IMG/VR virus record: IMGVR_UViG_3300028591_000005
Span: 81,978-145,977 of that record
Length of the DNA: 64,000 bases
From: a virus
Lineage: Duplodnaviria > Caudoviricetes
Strand: one strand, 5' to 3'
Shown here: positions 1 through 10,688 of the stretch, in pieces
How the letters are laid out: every line of letters begins with the position of its first letter
Numbering within the stretch: position 1 is the first letter of the stretch
The notes under the pieces: model-generated
What the model saw: the letters and a program-made list of their open reading frames with translations, nothing else
Told to the model about the DNA's origin: nothing
Database searches by the model: none
Position numbers and translations under genes: made by a program

Positions 1-96
1 AGTTTTTTGAAAAATTTTTAATTATGAAAAATGAGGGAACTATCATATTATATGATTAAACCTCATTATCATTTTACTTCTTTTGCCCAAAGGCAA

Positions 97-205
97 CAAT
101 ACGGGTAAGGATTTGCACCTTACATGATTGGCTTTTATGTACATTTGCCCGAACCAACCTAATCGTTCCTCGGCTAACAGCGTCTACCTATTCCACCACC
201 GCATT
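97..205 (-). ncRNA. tRNA-like RNA with non-canonical central region
   Basis: Acceptor AATGCGG/CCGTATT, Leu-type D region TGGTGGAATAGGTAGACGC, T arm GTAAGG-TGCAAAT-CCTTAC; no 5-bp/7-nt anticodon arm between them. Confidence 0.55.
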
Positions 206-296
206 TTTTTAATAGGCTGTCTCTTAAATTCCACTTAGCTACAGCGTTATACGAACTCGCCACTATCACATTGGCTTCCACAGTCTGTCGTAGCAC

Positions 297-608
297 CTAT
301 TCTTTAATCTCTATCATATAATCCATACAGCTCCAACCACCATCAGCTTTTACTTTTGTAATTATTTTATCATAATATGAAATCAATTCATGATTTTCTT
401 CGTCCATTTTTCCATGATGATACCAAGCACATGCTTTTGGATTAAAATAATCTGTTCCGATAGAAATTCTGCCCCATTCAGTTTTATCAGATAATATAGC
501 ATTAACAAATTCTTCTACAGTAATATTATTATAATGTAATATTACTTCATAAGGGGCAGTACAATCTCCTCTTGTTCGACCACATTGTTCTAATTCAAAT
601 ATTTTCAT
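297..608 (-). CDS. hypothetical phage protein
   Basis: 103 aa ORF with GGAG RBS and sigma-A-type promoter directly upstream. Confidence 0.75.
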   Translation of the reverse strand: MKIFELEQCGRTRGDCTAPYEVILHYNNITVEEFVNAILSDKTEWGRISIGTDYFNPKACAWYHHGKMDEENHELISYYDKIITKVKADGGWSCMDYMIEIKE

Positions 609-625
609 ATGCTCTCCAATTTATT

Positions 626-662
626 CTATAAATATTATAACAAAAATTTTCTAAAAAATCAA
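626..662 (-). promoter_or_regulatory. sigma-A-type phage promoter (example of a motif repeated genome-wide)
   Basis: TTGATT-17 nt (ending TGT)-TATAAT-ATTTATAGAA; near-identical copies at about 2855-2891, 28750-28782, 39945-39978, 40230-40264, 43110-43146, 43277-43312, 43685-43719, 46945-46975 and others. Confidence 0.8.
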
Positions 663-673
663 CTTAAGATTTA

Positions 674-2614
674 TCAATATAGTCTATATAATTCTTCTTC
701 TGAAATAACAGGAATACCGAGTCTTTTTGCATCAGCGCTCTTTCCAGTAGTGCTATTCTTGTCATTACATATAAGATATGTAGTCTTAGAAGAAACTGAA
801 CCGGTTACCTTGCCACCATGAGCTTCGATTTCCGCTTTAATATCATCACGCTTTTTACTGAGCTTGCCTGTAATAACAAAGACTTTATCTTTAACACCTT
901 CAGACTGAGCAACCTCATTTGTCTCTACCGACTTAAAGTTAAGCATTTCCGCAATCTCGTCTGCCTCAGTATAATCAAAAGAGTTAATTGCTTTACTCAT
1001 TTCAGGACCGAATCCATCAAAAGCCGTCCAATCTCCACCAACCGCATCTCTGAAATCTTTCCATGTTGGATAATACTTTACGATTTCTTTGGATATAGTT
1101 GATCCAACAAGTGGGATACCCAATGCTGATATGAAAGCCTGTACTGATGTTCCAACTCTTGCGGCGTCAATAGCCGATAAGATTTTCCCGACAGAAGCTT
1201 CTCCAAAACCTGCTTTTGATACCCATTCAGCTTTATGTTCATTAAGTCTAAATATGTCTGCAAGTCCATTTATCCAGCCCCATTCAATTAACTTCTCTAT
1301 TGTTTTAAGAGAAATACCTTTAACGTCAAGACCTTTCTTACCAAAAAAATGGTCAATTCTATTTGCGAGTTTTCCTTCACATGCTGGATTACTACAAATA
1401 ATAGTAAGAACTCCGCTATCTGATTCAATAATATCTGTAGGTTTTCCGCATATAGGACATACATTACAAAATCCACTATTAAGAGTATGGTCATGAACTA
1501 TATCATTTCTTTCTGCTCTTGATATTTGAGGAATTATCTGATTTTGTTTAACAACCCAAATTTTCTGATGTTTCTCAGGAAACATACCAAGAGTTTCTCT
1601 CATTATCGAAAGATTATGCATAGACGCTCTTTCAATAATACTATCACCTGTATCAATAGGTTCAAATATTGCTACTGGTGTAAGAACTCCAGTTCTACCC
1701 ATAGTCCATTCTATATCAAGTAATTCAGTTTCATATTCTTCGTCATAAAATTTATAAGCAAGTCCACCGCGGAAATGATGTTCCGTATTTCCTAATGATT
1801 GATAATACTTACAATCATTATATTTAATTACTAATCCATCAATAGGATAATGTAAATCTTTTGCAATTTCTTTTAAAGTATAAAAATCATCTTCAGTGGT
1901 GTAGAATTCATCTTTATCTTGAAATAAAAACGGTACATTTTTAAACCCTAAATTGCATAAAGCATAAAGTTTATCAGAAAGAGTTTTTTCTGGCAATCCC
2001 TGGATACAATCCCATGCTATAAAAGATAAGCCACTATTACGATTTTCATTAGCATTAAGACGCCTGATAGCACCTGCCGCATAGTTTCTTGGATTGGCAA
2101 AATCATTTGAAAAATTCTTTTCAAAAGTTTCAGTATCACAAATAATTTCACCATCAACTATAAGAGTATCTTTAAATGGAATTTCTATAGGAACATTTTT
2201 TACAGTAATAATATTATGAGTAATATCTTCACCTACTGCTCCATTTCCTCTTGTTTCTGCGGAAACAAGTTTTCCATCTTCATATTTTAAAGAAGCGGTA
2301 AGACCATCCATTTTAAGCATTGTAATAACTTCATTAGCTTTTTTAAATTCATTCACTTCTGATATTTCTTTTGTCTTAGCTAATGAAAGCATAGGATGAT
2401 TATGTGCAACTTTATTTAATTTAGATACTTCTTCAAAATGAATTTTTTGAGTAGGGGAATCAGGATATATGATTCCTTCTTCCTCTTCCATTTTTACAAG
2501 TTTAAAATAAAGTTCATCCCACTCTTTATCAGAAATTGCGGGATGTCCTGCATCATATAACCTTGTATATTCATTAAGTTTATCTATAAGTTCTCTTATT
2601 GTATATTCAGGCAT
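674..2614 (-). CDS. ligA: NAD-dependent DNA ligase
   Basis: HPMLSL, KMDG adenylation motif, TRGNG, NPRN, DGLVIK, Zn finger, HhH repeats, C-terminal BRCT (VTGSVSSKTTYLI); start moved to MPEY. Confidence 0.97.
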   Translation of the reverse strand: MPEYTIRELIDKLNEYTRLYDAGHPAISDKEWDELYFKLVKMEEEEGIIYPDSPTQKIHFEEVSKLNKVAHNHPMLSLAKTKEISEVNEFKKANEVITMLKMDGLTASLKYEDGKLVSAETRGNGAVGEDITHNIITVKNVPIEIPFKDTLIVDGEIICDTETFEKNFSNDFANPRNYAAGAIRRLNANENRNSGLSFIAWDCIQGLPEKTLSDKLYALCNLGFKNVPFLFQDKDEFYTTEDDFYTLKEIAKDLHYPIDGLVIKYNDCKYYQSLGNTEHHFRGGLAYKFYDEEYETELLDIEWTMGRTGVLTPVAIFEPIDTGDSIIERASMHNLSIMRETLGMFPEKHQKIWVVKQNQIIPQISRAERNDIVHDHTLNSGFCNVCPICGKPTDIIESDSGVLTIICSNPACEGKLANRIDHFFGKKGLDVKGISLKTIEKLIEWGWINGLADIFRLNEHKAEWVSKAGFGEASVGKILSAIDAARVGTSVQAFISALGIPLVGSTISKEIVKYYPTWKDFRDAVGGDWTAFDGFGPEMSKAINSFDYTEADEIAEMLNFKSVETNEVAQSEGVKDKVFVITGKLSKKRDDIKAEIEAHGGKVTGSVSSKTTYLICNDKNSTTGKSADAKRLGIPVISEEELYRLY

Positions 2615-2834
2615 CTCGTTCTTCCTTTGCTCTTTCTTTTTCAATTATTTGAAAATGTTTTGCATATTCTTCGGGATATTCTTCTTTGAATTCCTTATAT
2701 AATTCTTCAAATTCTTCATTCATTTTCTGATAATGAAAAATCATTCCAGCATGAATTTCAACATTTCTAATACACTCGTCAATTGTATGTAAACCACATT
2801 CTTTTCCAAACTCAATACAATTTTTTAATGTCAT
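2607..2834 (-). CDS. hypothetical protein
   Basis: 75 aa ORF with RBS and own promoter, overlapping the ligase start. Confidence 0.7.
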   Translation of the reverse strand: MTLKNCIEFGKECGLHTIDECIRNVEIHAGMIFHYQKMNEEFEELYKEFKEEYPEEYAKHFQIIEKERAKEERDA

Positions 2835-2895
2835 ATTTTTCCCCTTTCATCTTATATAAATATTATATCAAAAATTTTATTAAAAATCAAAAAAT

Positions 2896-2919
2896 GGGGA
2901 TAGACCTAAGTCTATCCCC
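2896..2919 (-). terminator. intrinsic terminator
   Basis: GGGGATAGAC/GTCTATCCCC hairpin followed by a T-run on the minus strand. Confidence 0.7.
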
Positions 2920-2941
2920 TAATCGCCGCTTTTCAATTAAA

Positions 2942-3622
2942 TTATCTAGTTTCAAACCAATGATCTTCTATCTGAAGATGATTGTTTGCCCATTCAAATC
3001 TACCTCTCGCAAAATATACGTAATCATGTGGATTGCATCCAATGCCTTGTTCTTCCATATATTTTTCAAAAGCAGACTCAGGTGTATCTCTAACTATATA
3101 AAGTATAATTTTCATATTGTCAATTGATTCTTGAGATACAACATTTCTTGCTTCCCAGGTGGTAAACTGACCTTCTGCACTTAATACTCCATAAATTGTA
3201 TTTGGATAATATTCACTTATCAATCTATTAAGTATTACTTCAATAACTGCTCGTCTACCATCTTCACATTGATTTCCTGCTTCAAGAACTGCAATTCTAC
3301 ATATTAAATCAATATCTTCATCAGATAAAGAATTGATTATATCATAGTAATAAGTATTTAGTTCTTCTATAACTTTTTCTTCAACTATTTCAACAATTTC
3401 TACTTCTTCTATTTCTATAGAATTTAAAATAGCTGAAGCGCCTCCGTGTGGAAGCTTAATTGGCTCATCAATTACAGACTCTACTTCTGCAATTTCAGAT
3501 TGGCTAGTTTCATTTTGCGGTTGCCAGTCTATACGTTCTATTACTCTAGATACTCCGAATCCAAAAGCAAAGGAAGCTAAACAACAGCAAATGATGAAAA
3601 GCCGGGTCTTGACTTGCATCAT
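2942..3622 (-). CDS. cell wall hydrolase, SleB/Hydrolase_2 family, with N-terminal membrane anchor
   Basis: LICRIAVLEAGNQ..AVIEVILNR..YPNTIYGVL..GQF and C-terminal IEDHWF; hydrophobic N-terminus. Confidence 0.85.
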   Translation of the reverse strand: MMQVKTRLFIICCCLASFAFGFGVSRVIERIDWQPQNETSQSEIAEVESVIDEPIKLPHGGASAILNSIEIEEVEIVEIVEEKVIEELNTYYYDIINSLSDEDIDLICRIAVLEAGNQCEDGRRAVIEVILNRLISEYYPNTIYGVLSAEGQFTTWEARNVVSQESIDNMKIILYIVRDTPESAFEKYMEEQGIGCNPHDYVYFARGRFEWANNHLQIEDHWFETR

Positions 3623-3730
3623 TATTTTCCTCCTATATTGAGCGGCTAAATATATATGATTTTCAAATAAATAAAATTATAAAAATCATACCATATATTA
3701 TATATTATAACATAAATTTTTATAAAAGTA

Positions 3731-3753
3731 AAGAGGTGGCATCGCCACCTCTT
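3731..3753. terminator. hairpin terminator after gyrA
   Basis: AAGAGGTGGC/GCCACCTCTT inverted repeat. Confidence 0.6.
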
Positions 3754-3755
3754 GA

Positions 3756-6110
3756 TTAAATCTTTGTTATAGATATTACTTTATTATCTTTTATTAACAT
3801 ATTTCCAATGCCCGCCTTGGTCAAGAGAGGAATATCTTGTGCAGAAATGCATATGCTAGTTTTATTTCCGCATATAAGCACATTATCTTCATCAGATACC
3901 ATTGTTGCACCTATAAGAATACCATTTGCAGTAGAAGTCTTATAAATAATAGTACCTTTTCCGCCACGAGTTTGAGTTAAAAATTCTTTTAAAGCAACTT
4001 TCTTACCGATGCCAGTGCTTGTGAAGATTGCAACTTGATCAGTATCTTTATGAACAGACATCGCTGACACCACATAGTCGCCTTCCGCAAGTTTAATTGC
4101 TTTAACACCTGTAGCTACTCTACCGATAGGAGTAATTGCCGTAGTACCAAATCTGATATTCATTCCATCTTTTGTTACAAGAATAATATCTTCATCATCT
4201 TGGAAGAGAATCTTAACTACGCTATCTTCTTCTGCGACCTTAAGAGCTGCGATTCCAGCATTTTTATTTGTTTTAGTATATTCTTCAAGATAAGACTTTT
4301 TAATAATACCATTCTTCGTTAAGAAGAAAATGTATTTAGGAAGAGTCTTTCTGTGAAGAGAAGTGATTGCAATAATCTTTTCATCATTCTCCAATTTAAC
4401 AAGAGATGCAATAGGAACACCTTTCGAGGTATTAGTTCCATCGGGGATATTATCTACAATAGTACGATACATCTTACCCTTATTAGAGAAGAACATGATA
4501 TAATCAACTGTATTCGTTTTGACTACATCAAAAATTACATCATCTACAGATTTTACGCCCTTTCCGCCTTTCTTTTGTACCTTAAATGCGGAAACCGGTA
4601 CTTTCTTAATAAGACCAGATTCTGTAGTGATTACAACAACATCTACGGGAACTACTTCTGCAATCTCTTTTTCTTCTTTTGGAACTTCAATCTGAGCCAA
4701 CTGAGTACGTCTTGCATCACCATACTTCTTAACAATTGCTTCAAGACGCTCTCTTATCATTTTTAATTGCTCTTCTTTTGACTCAAGAAGTAAAATATAA
4801 TAATCAATCTGTTCACTTAAAGCCTGAGCTTCTTTTGTCAACTCAAGTTTATCAAGCTTTGTTAACGAACTTAATCTCATGGCTAAGATTGCTTTAGCCT
4901 GTCTTTCAGAGAAACCTAACTGAATTAATTTCTCTTTAGCTTCAGCACTATCCTGACTACCTTTGATCAATACAATAACGTCGTCTATATTCGCAAGAGC
5001 CTTAAGTAAACCAGAAACAACCTCAGCTCTATCCTTAGCTTTCTCAAGTCTTGTATTTGTTTCTTTAATAAGACAGTCTATATTATGATTAATATAAACT
5101 TCAATAGCCTGTTCAAGATTTAATTCAGTTGGTGTCTTATTGATAAGAGCAACCTGATTATAAGATATTGAAGTTTGAAGGTTTGTTTTAGAGAAAAGCT
5201 TTGCAGCAATAGCTTCAGGGTTAACGCCTTTTTTACATTCGATAACGATTCTTAAACCATTCTTATTACTTTCATCACGAACTTCATCTATACCTTCTAT
5301 TTCTTTTGCATCACAGACTTCGCCAATCTGAGCTAAAATTCCTTCAACAGTTTCGCCATATGGAATCTCATAAAATACAAGGTTATTCTTCTCAATTTTG
5401 TAACATCCTCTTACTTTTACAGAACCATGTCCTGTTCTCATAATAGCGGGAATGTCATTTTTATTTATAATAAGTCCACCTGTTGGAAAGTCAGGTCCAG
5501 GTAAAGTAACTGCTTTTCCATCCATGCTGTCATAAATAGCCTGAGCAACCTCTTTTAAATTATGAGGAAGCCAATTACAAGCCATTGCAACACCAATACC
5601 TGTGTTTGGATTACATAAAAGATTAGGGAAGATTGAAGGAAGCGTTTCAGGCTCTTCCATTGTTTCATCATAATTAGGAATAAAATCTACATTTCTTTCT
5701 TTTAATCCAACAAGAAGACCATCTTCCGCAATCTTACTAAGCCTTGCTTCAGTATAACGACCTGCAGCAGGACCATCACCCATCTGGTTTCCATTTGAAC
5801 CATGCCAATCAATAAGAGGATATCTCAAAACCCAAGGTTGAGATAATCTTACCATTGCACCGTATATTGCTGCATCTCCATGAGGATGATATTTACCCAT
5901 AACATCTCCATAGATTCTTGCACATTTTACATGGGGTTTATTAGAAGTTCTTCCTTCTTCAAACATAGACCAAAGAATTCTTTTTGCAACAGGCTTAAGA
6001 CCAGATCTTGCATCAGGTATCGCCCTGTCAGTATTACAAGCTACCGCGTATTCAATAAAATTTGTACCTAGTTCATTTTTTACATCATTTGTATCAAAAA
6101 TTTCACTCAA
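3756..6110 (-). CDS. gyrA: type IIA topoisomerase (gyrase) subunit A
   Basis: RAIPDARSGLKPV, KYHPHGD, AAGRYTEARL catalytic Tyr, GPDFPTGG, beta-pinwheel CTD with QKKGGKG/QTRGGKG GyrA-box-like motifs. Confidence 0.96.
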   Translation of the reverse strand: MSEIFDTNDVKNELGTNFIEYAVACNTDRAIPDARSGLKPVAKRILWSMFEEGRTSNKPHVKCARIYGDVMGKYHPHGDAAIYGAMVRLSQPWVLRYPLIDWHGSNGNQMGDGPAAGRYTEARLSKIAEDGLLVGLKERNVDFIPNYDETMEEPETLPSIFPNLLCNPNTGIGVAMACNWLPHNLKEVAQAIYDSMDGKAVTLPGPDFPTGGLIINKNDIPAIMRTGHGSVKVRGCYKIEKNNLVFYEIPYGETVEGILAQIGEVCDAKEIEGIDEVRDESNKNGLRIVIECKKGVNPEAIAAKLFSKTNLQTSISYNQVALINKTPTELNLEQAIEVYINHNIDCLIKETNTRLEKAKDRAEVVSGLLKALANIDDVIVLIKGSQDSAEAKEKLIQLGFSERQAKAILAMRLSSLTKLDKLELTKEAQALSEQIDYYILLLESKEEQLKMIRERLEAIVKKYGDARRTQLAQIEVPKEEKEIAEVVPVDVVVITTESGLIKKVPVSAFKVQKKGGKGVKSVDDVIFDVVKTNTVDYIMFFSNKGKMYRTIVDNIPDGTNTSKGVPIASLVKLENDEKIIAITSLHRKTLPKYIFFLTKNGIIKKSYLEEYTKTNKNAGIAALKVAEEDSVVKILFQDDEDIILVTKDGMNIRFGTTAITPIGRVATGVKAIKLAEGDYVVSAMSVHKDTDQVAIFTSTGIGKKVALKEFLTQTRGGKGTIIYKTSTANGILIGATMVSDEDNVLICGNKTSICISAQDIPLLTKAGIGNMLIKDNKVISITKI

Positions 6111-6990
6111 TTAAATACTCCTCTCCTAACAACATTTCCAATGTCATGTTATCTCTTTCCCAATAAGGAATTCTGACTAAAGGAATATTATTATCTTTTG
6201 CATATTTATTTTTTATTATATCATTATTTTTTGTTTCTGTCAAATTATGTGTAAAATATTCTTGTTCTTCAAAATGTTGAATTCCATCAAATTCAATCAA
6301 TCTAATTAAATTATCATTTTGATATATTCCAAAATCATATCTAAGTGGTTTTATATTTTTTAAATCATTAAAGGTAATTTGTTCTTGATACTGAATATTA
6401 TTTTCTTCAAGTATCTTTTTAATGTTCATTTCACCTATTGATGTTTTTATACAACCACAAGATTGAATTCCACCTCTTTTTAATTGATAACCAGCAACTT
6501 CTTTTTGATTACCACAATCGCATTGACAAACCCAATACATATGAGATCCATCTTTCATTGAAGTTGGATACATAGCAATTAGTTTACCAAATCTTTGTCC
6601 TTTTAAATTTTCATACGTTTTATGATAAGGACAATTTTGTTTACCGCAGCTATTAACTTGTCCACCATTTAAATTATTAGAAGTAACTTCATGTTCATTT
6701 CCACAATCACATTTGCATTTCCAAACGATACTTCGATGAAATCTTTTCCCAGTATCTTCTATTACTGTTAAATGACCAAATCTTTGTCCTACTAATCTGG
6801 TACTTAATGTAATTTCTTTTTCAGGTATTAAACTTTTATCTTCAATTACTTGATAATCTCCATCACACCAAGTACCAATTCTAGTAAGAATATAGCCTTT
6901 ATTTTTCATTGACTCAACAGTTCGATTAAAAGATCTGTGTACTGTATTAGGTGAATAATTATATTTTTCACAAAACTCTTTTAATGTCAT
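6103..6990 (-). CDS. free-standing homing endonuclease-like protein (Cys-rich repeats plus Vsr/DUF559-like nuclease)
   Basis: Repeated GQRFGxL..WxCxCDCG..SCGC modules; C-terminal LRYDF..IEFDGIQHF..LVRIPY. Confidence 0.8.
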   Translation of the reverse strand: MTLKEFCEKYNYSPNTVHRSFNRTVESMKNKGYILTRIGTWCDGDYQVIEDKSLIPEKEITLSTRLVGQRFGHLTVIEDTGKRFHRSIVWKCKCDCGNEHEVTSNNLNGGQVNSCGKQNCPYHKTYENLKGQRFGKLIAMYPTSMKDGSHMYWVCQCDCGNQKEVAGYQLKRGGIQSCGCIKTSIGEMNIKKILEENNIQYQEQITFNDLKNIKPLRYDFGIYQNDNLIRLIEFDGIQHFEEQEYFTHNLTETKNNDIIKNKYAKDNNIPLVRIPYWERDNMTLEMLLGEEYLIE

Positions 6991-7079
6991 AATATATTTT
7001 CCTCCTTATTTTCTCTGTTACAATAATTGAAAATATATTATGCAAAATTAATCACTGTTGACAAAAATTGCATAAAATT

Positions 7080-7376
7080 TTACTTATATTCATCTTTATG
7101 AAGTAAAAGATAGTTATAAAGTTTCTCAGTATATTCATCTAATGTATCGTTATTTAAATCATAGAAAGAAAAATTTAATTTTTCTTCTAAATAATTTAAA
7201 ATATCTTTACTTTTAATTTTATCAATATCAAATACTTCGCATATTTTATCATGTAGCTCTAATCTATGCTGTTCAAGTCCATACAATGCAAAGATACCAC
7301 CTTCGTTAAGTTGAACCATAGTAGCCGCTAAATGAATATATTCTTTAATTAATTCTTTTGGACTTCTTTCTATCAT
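7080..7376 (-). CDS. hypothetical protein
   Basis: 98 aa ORF following gyrB. Confidence 0.65.
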   Translation of the reverse strand: MIERSPKELIKEYIHLAATMVQLNEGGIFALYGLEQHRLELHDKICEVFDIDKIKSKDILNYLEEKLNFSFYDLNNDTLDEYTEKLYNYLLLHKDEYK

Positions 7377-7382
7377 ATCTTA

Positions 7383-9293
7383 TTACTCCTGATTGTATAC
7401 AGCCTCCTTTGAATGTTCTTTTATATAAGACTTACGTGCGGTGACGCCAGTTCCCATTAACTGTTCAAAAAGAACACTTGTTGACTGAGGATCCTCAACC
7501 GTAATCTGCTTAATAATTCTATTATTCGGATCGGTCAAAGTTTCTTCAGTCTCTTCTACGTCCATTTCACCTAAGCCCTTCATACGCTTTAACTCGTATT
7601 TCTTTCCACCTTTATAGTTAGCTCTCCATTCATCAAGTTCTTTATCATTCTTAATATACTTACTTTCTCCATTAGAGAAAATAATTCTATAAAGAGGTGG
7701 AACACCTGCATATATATAACCGTCTTTAATTAACTCAGGACAGAAATTCCAAATAAATGTATAGAAAAGATTCTTAATGTGAGCACCATCAACATCCGCA
7801 TCAGACATAATGATAATCTTTCCATAACGAAGATCTTCCTTATCGTAAGTAATCTTCATTGTCTTTGGATCAATTTTTAAACCAAAAGCATCAATCATTG
7901 TCATAATTTCTGCATTCTTTTGAATCTGTGCAAGAGTTGCTTTCTGAGTATTAAGAATCTTACCTCTTACGGGCATAACAGCCTGGAACTCATTATTTCT
8001 TGCCATCTTAAGGTTTCCGGAAGCCGAATCACCCTCTGTGATGTAGATTTCACATTTCATTCTATCTTTAGAGTAACAGTCAGCAAGTTTTGTATCGAAC
8101 TTGATTACTTTCTCTTTCTTTTTCTTTTCTGTTTCACGAGCCGCGTCTCTTGCTTTCTTAGCAGCTTCCCGCGCCTTTCTTGCACTGATTGCTTTATCAA
8201 AAATAACCTTTATATCTTTTTCATTTATTAAGAGCCAATTAGTTAATGAATCAGTTATAAAACTAATTTCAGGCTTTGTCTCAATCTTTGTGACACGTGA
8301 CTTTACTTGCGCATCATACGACACAGATGGAGCAGTATAGTTAAATACAATGTAGATACCTTCCTGGATATCATCGCCCGTAAGGTTTTCATCCTTCTCT
8401 TTAAGCCAACCACGCTCTCTGAAAAACTTGTTCATTTCTCTTGTAAGAGTAGTCTTAAGCTGAGTGATATGAGCACCCGTGTCTGTTAAACCTGTATTTA
8501 CATATGGAACAATAGTAGATGAATAATTTGCGGTATAGGTTAATACAAGATCAAGCTTGTACTTATCTTCCTGACCATTAACTACAAGTCTATTGTTGAT
8601 AATTTCTTTATCCTTAACCGCATCATCAACTAAATCATTAAGACCATTTTTTGATGTAAATGTTTCTTTTGTACCATTATAATCAAGATTAATAATAAGT
8701 CCAGGACATAAACAACTAATAGTCTTAAATAATGTGCGAATTTTATTTATTTCAACTTCAGTATGAGTGAAAAATTCTTCTGAAGGCTGCCATTGAACAA
8801 AAGTGCCAGAAGATGTTTTATCAGCCATTGCTTTTTCAACTCGACCTTCAAATACACCCTCTTTAAAGCTAATGGCTTCCATTTTCCCATCTCGCCATGT
8901 TCTAACTCTTAACCAGTGGCTAAGGAATGTAGTAATTTTACTGCCAATACCAAAAGAACCAAGAGAAGTTCCTTCATAACTACCATCTTCACGATACTTT
9001 CCAGAAGTATTAAGTACACTAAAAGCAGCTTCAAGAATTGTTTTACCGTCTTCACGAATACTATTAGGAATAAAACCTTGTCCATAATCTTGTACAGTTA
9101 CAATATCTTTATCAATGGTAACATCTATCTGATTACCATGACCTGCATTGAATTCATCCACAGCGTTAGAAAAAATTTCGACAAGCAACTGTGTTGAATA
9201 GGTAGTATCACCTGCATAAACTCCTGGACGTAATCTAGTAAATTGCAATGGATCTAGTGATTCAATTGAATTTTCATCATATAATTTACCCAT
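7383..9293 (-). CDS. gyrB: type IIA topoisomerase (gyrase) subunit B
   Basis: EIFSNAVDE, DYGQG, SGKY GHKL ATPase motifs; EGDSA, PVRGKILN, DADVDG TOPRIM; KGLGEM. Confidence 0.96.
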   Translation of the reverse strand: MGKLYDENSIESLDPLQFTRLRPGVYAGDTTYSTQLLVEIFSNAVDEFNAGHGNQIDVTIDKDIVTVQDYGQGFIPNSIREDGKTILEAAFSVLNTSGKYREDGSYEGTSLGSFGIGSKITTFLSHWLRVRTWRDGKMEAISFKEGVFEGRVEKAMADKTSSGTFVQWQPSEEFFTHTEVEINKIRTLFKTISCLCPGLIINLDYNGTKETFTSKNGLNDLVDDAVKDKEIINNRLVVNGQEDKYKLDLVLTYTANYSSTIVPYVNTGLTDTGAHITQLKTTLTREMNKFFRERGWLKEKDENLTGDDIQEGIYIVFNYTAPSVSYDAQVKSRVTKIETKPEISFITDSLTNWLLINEKDIKVIFDKAISARKAREAAKKARDAARETEKKKKEKVIKFDTKLADCYSKDRMKCEIYITEGDSASGNLKMARNNEFQAVMPVRGKILNTQKATLAQIQKNAEIMTMIDAFGLKIDPKTMKITYDKEDLRYGKIIIMSDADVDGAHIKNLFYTFIWNFCPELIKDGYIYAGVPPLYRIIFSNGESKYIKNDKELDEWRANYKGGKKYELKRMKGLGEMDVEETEETLTDPNNRIIKQITVEDPQSTSVLFEQLMGTGVTARKSYIKEHSKEAVYNQE

Positions 9294-9345
9294 AAATATT
9301 TATTTTTCTCCTATTTTTATTTATAAATATATTATAACATAATTT

Positions 9346-10101
9346 TTATTTATTTTCAACATCAATAACAAATTCCCAATATAATTTTTCACCTGTTATT
9401 GGATGTTTACCAGCACTTTTATGTTCATTTGATGAATTACATACTCGTCCAATAGAACAAGCAGTTGCAAGACCACACCATCTTGCAGCATCCATCATTG
9501 TTTCAAAAATTTCTCCTGTATTAATACATTTAACCTTTTTACCACCTTTACTTTTTCTATTTTCAGACATTTTTTCTAATGATTCTTTTGTATGATGTTT
9601 ACCATAAAAAGGATGCTCTTCACCAGCTCTTTTTCCTTTTCTATGTTCGGAAATTAACTGTTTTGATTCTTCAGTATGATGTTTGCCATAAAAAGGATTA
9701 TTTTCTCCTGAAAATAATTCAGACATAAGTTCTCGTTGTTTTTGAGACCAATGTTTACCCCTTTGAGAAATAGAATTAGATTCACCAATTTTCTTTTTTG
9801 TTTCTTCGGAATGTCGGAAATTTTTCCCTCCATCCGTAATATTATATCCAAAATTTTCATCTGTAGAATTATAAAATTTAATTAATTCTTGTTCTTTTTT
9901 ATTAGCTTCTTCTACAGTTAAATTAGTGTATAAAATAATATGTTCAAAATTATCCCAACCATATTTTAAAATTGCATTATAAAATCTTGGTGAAGTTTCA
10001 TATCCTCTACCATTATCCCATCTTTTTTCAGGTTTTTGACAAGTTTGTCCTATATAAACTTTTCCATTTATTTTATTTTTATGAATATAAATTGTATACA
10101 T
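9346..10101 (-). CDS. GIY-YIG homing endonuclease with NUMOD3 repeats
   Basis: YTIYIHKNKINGKVYIGQT, R and E catalytic positions, GYN; repeated PFYGKHHTEES. Confidence 0.9.
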   Translation of the reverse strand: MYTIYIHKNKINGKVYIGQTCQKPEKRWDNGRGYETSPRFYNAILKYGWDNFEHIILYTNLTVEEANKKEQELIKFYNSTDENFGYNITDGGKNFRHSEETKKKIGESNSISQRGKHWSQKQRELMSELFSGENNPFYGKHHTEESKQLISEHRKGKRAGEEHPFYGKHHTKESLEKMSENRKSKGGKKVKCINTGEIFETMMDAARWCGLATACSIGRVCNSSNEHKSAGKHPITGEKLYWEFVIDVENK

Positions 10102-10196
10102 AATTATTCCTCCTTATATATTATATATTAAAGGAAGATTTTCTATTGAAACACTTTGACCATTGATGTTATTTATATAATAAATTTTAATAAAAA

Positions 10197-10688
10197 TCAA
10201 GTAATAATATTATATGTTTTAATCAAACGTTTATATTTTAAATTATTGTCACTTGCAAGAGCATCTACTATTTCATTTCCAAGAACTCCCGCATGACCGC
10301 TACATTTTTTAATAATATACTTAATATTGATAAAATTAAGTAAATTATATAATTCTTTAACTAAATCAAGATTTTCAATAGGTTTATTCTTTGTTCTAAC
10401 CCATCCTGCGGCAGCCCATTTCCAAATCCAATCATTACACATATTAACTACATATGCAGAATCGGAATATATTTCAAATTCATCATCATTTTCTGTCGTT
10501 TTTAATATGTAATTAATAGCATTAATCATTGCTCTTAATTCCATCCTATTATTAGTTGTATTTGGATGTAAAGCTTTTTCATAATATTTAATACAAGGTA
10601 ATCCATCTTTTGTTTTTAATTCAAGTACAGCATAACCGCCTGGTCCAGGATTACCTGAACATGCACCGTCTGTATAGATTGTTCGCAT
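10197..10688 (-). CDS. rnhA: ribonuclease HI
   Basis: YTDGACSGNPGPGG, TNNRMEL, YSDSAYV, GHAGVLGNEIVDALA. Confidence 0.95.
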   Translation of the reverse strand: MRTIYTDGACSGNPGPGGYAVLELKTKDGLPCIKYYEKALHPNTTNNRMELRAMINAINYILKTTENDDEFEIYSDSAYVVNMCNDWIWKWAAAGWVRTKNKPIENLDLVKELYNLLNFINIKYIIKKCSGHAGVLGNEIVDALASDNNLKYKRLIKTYNIIT

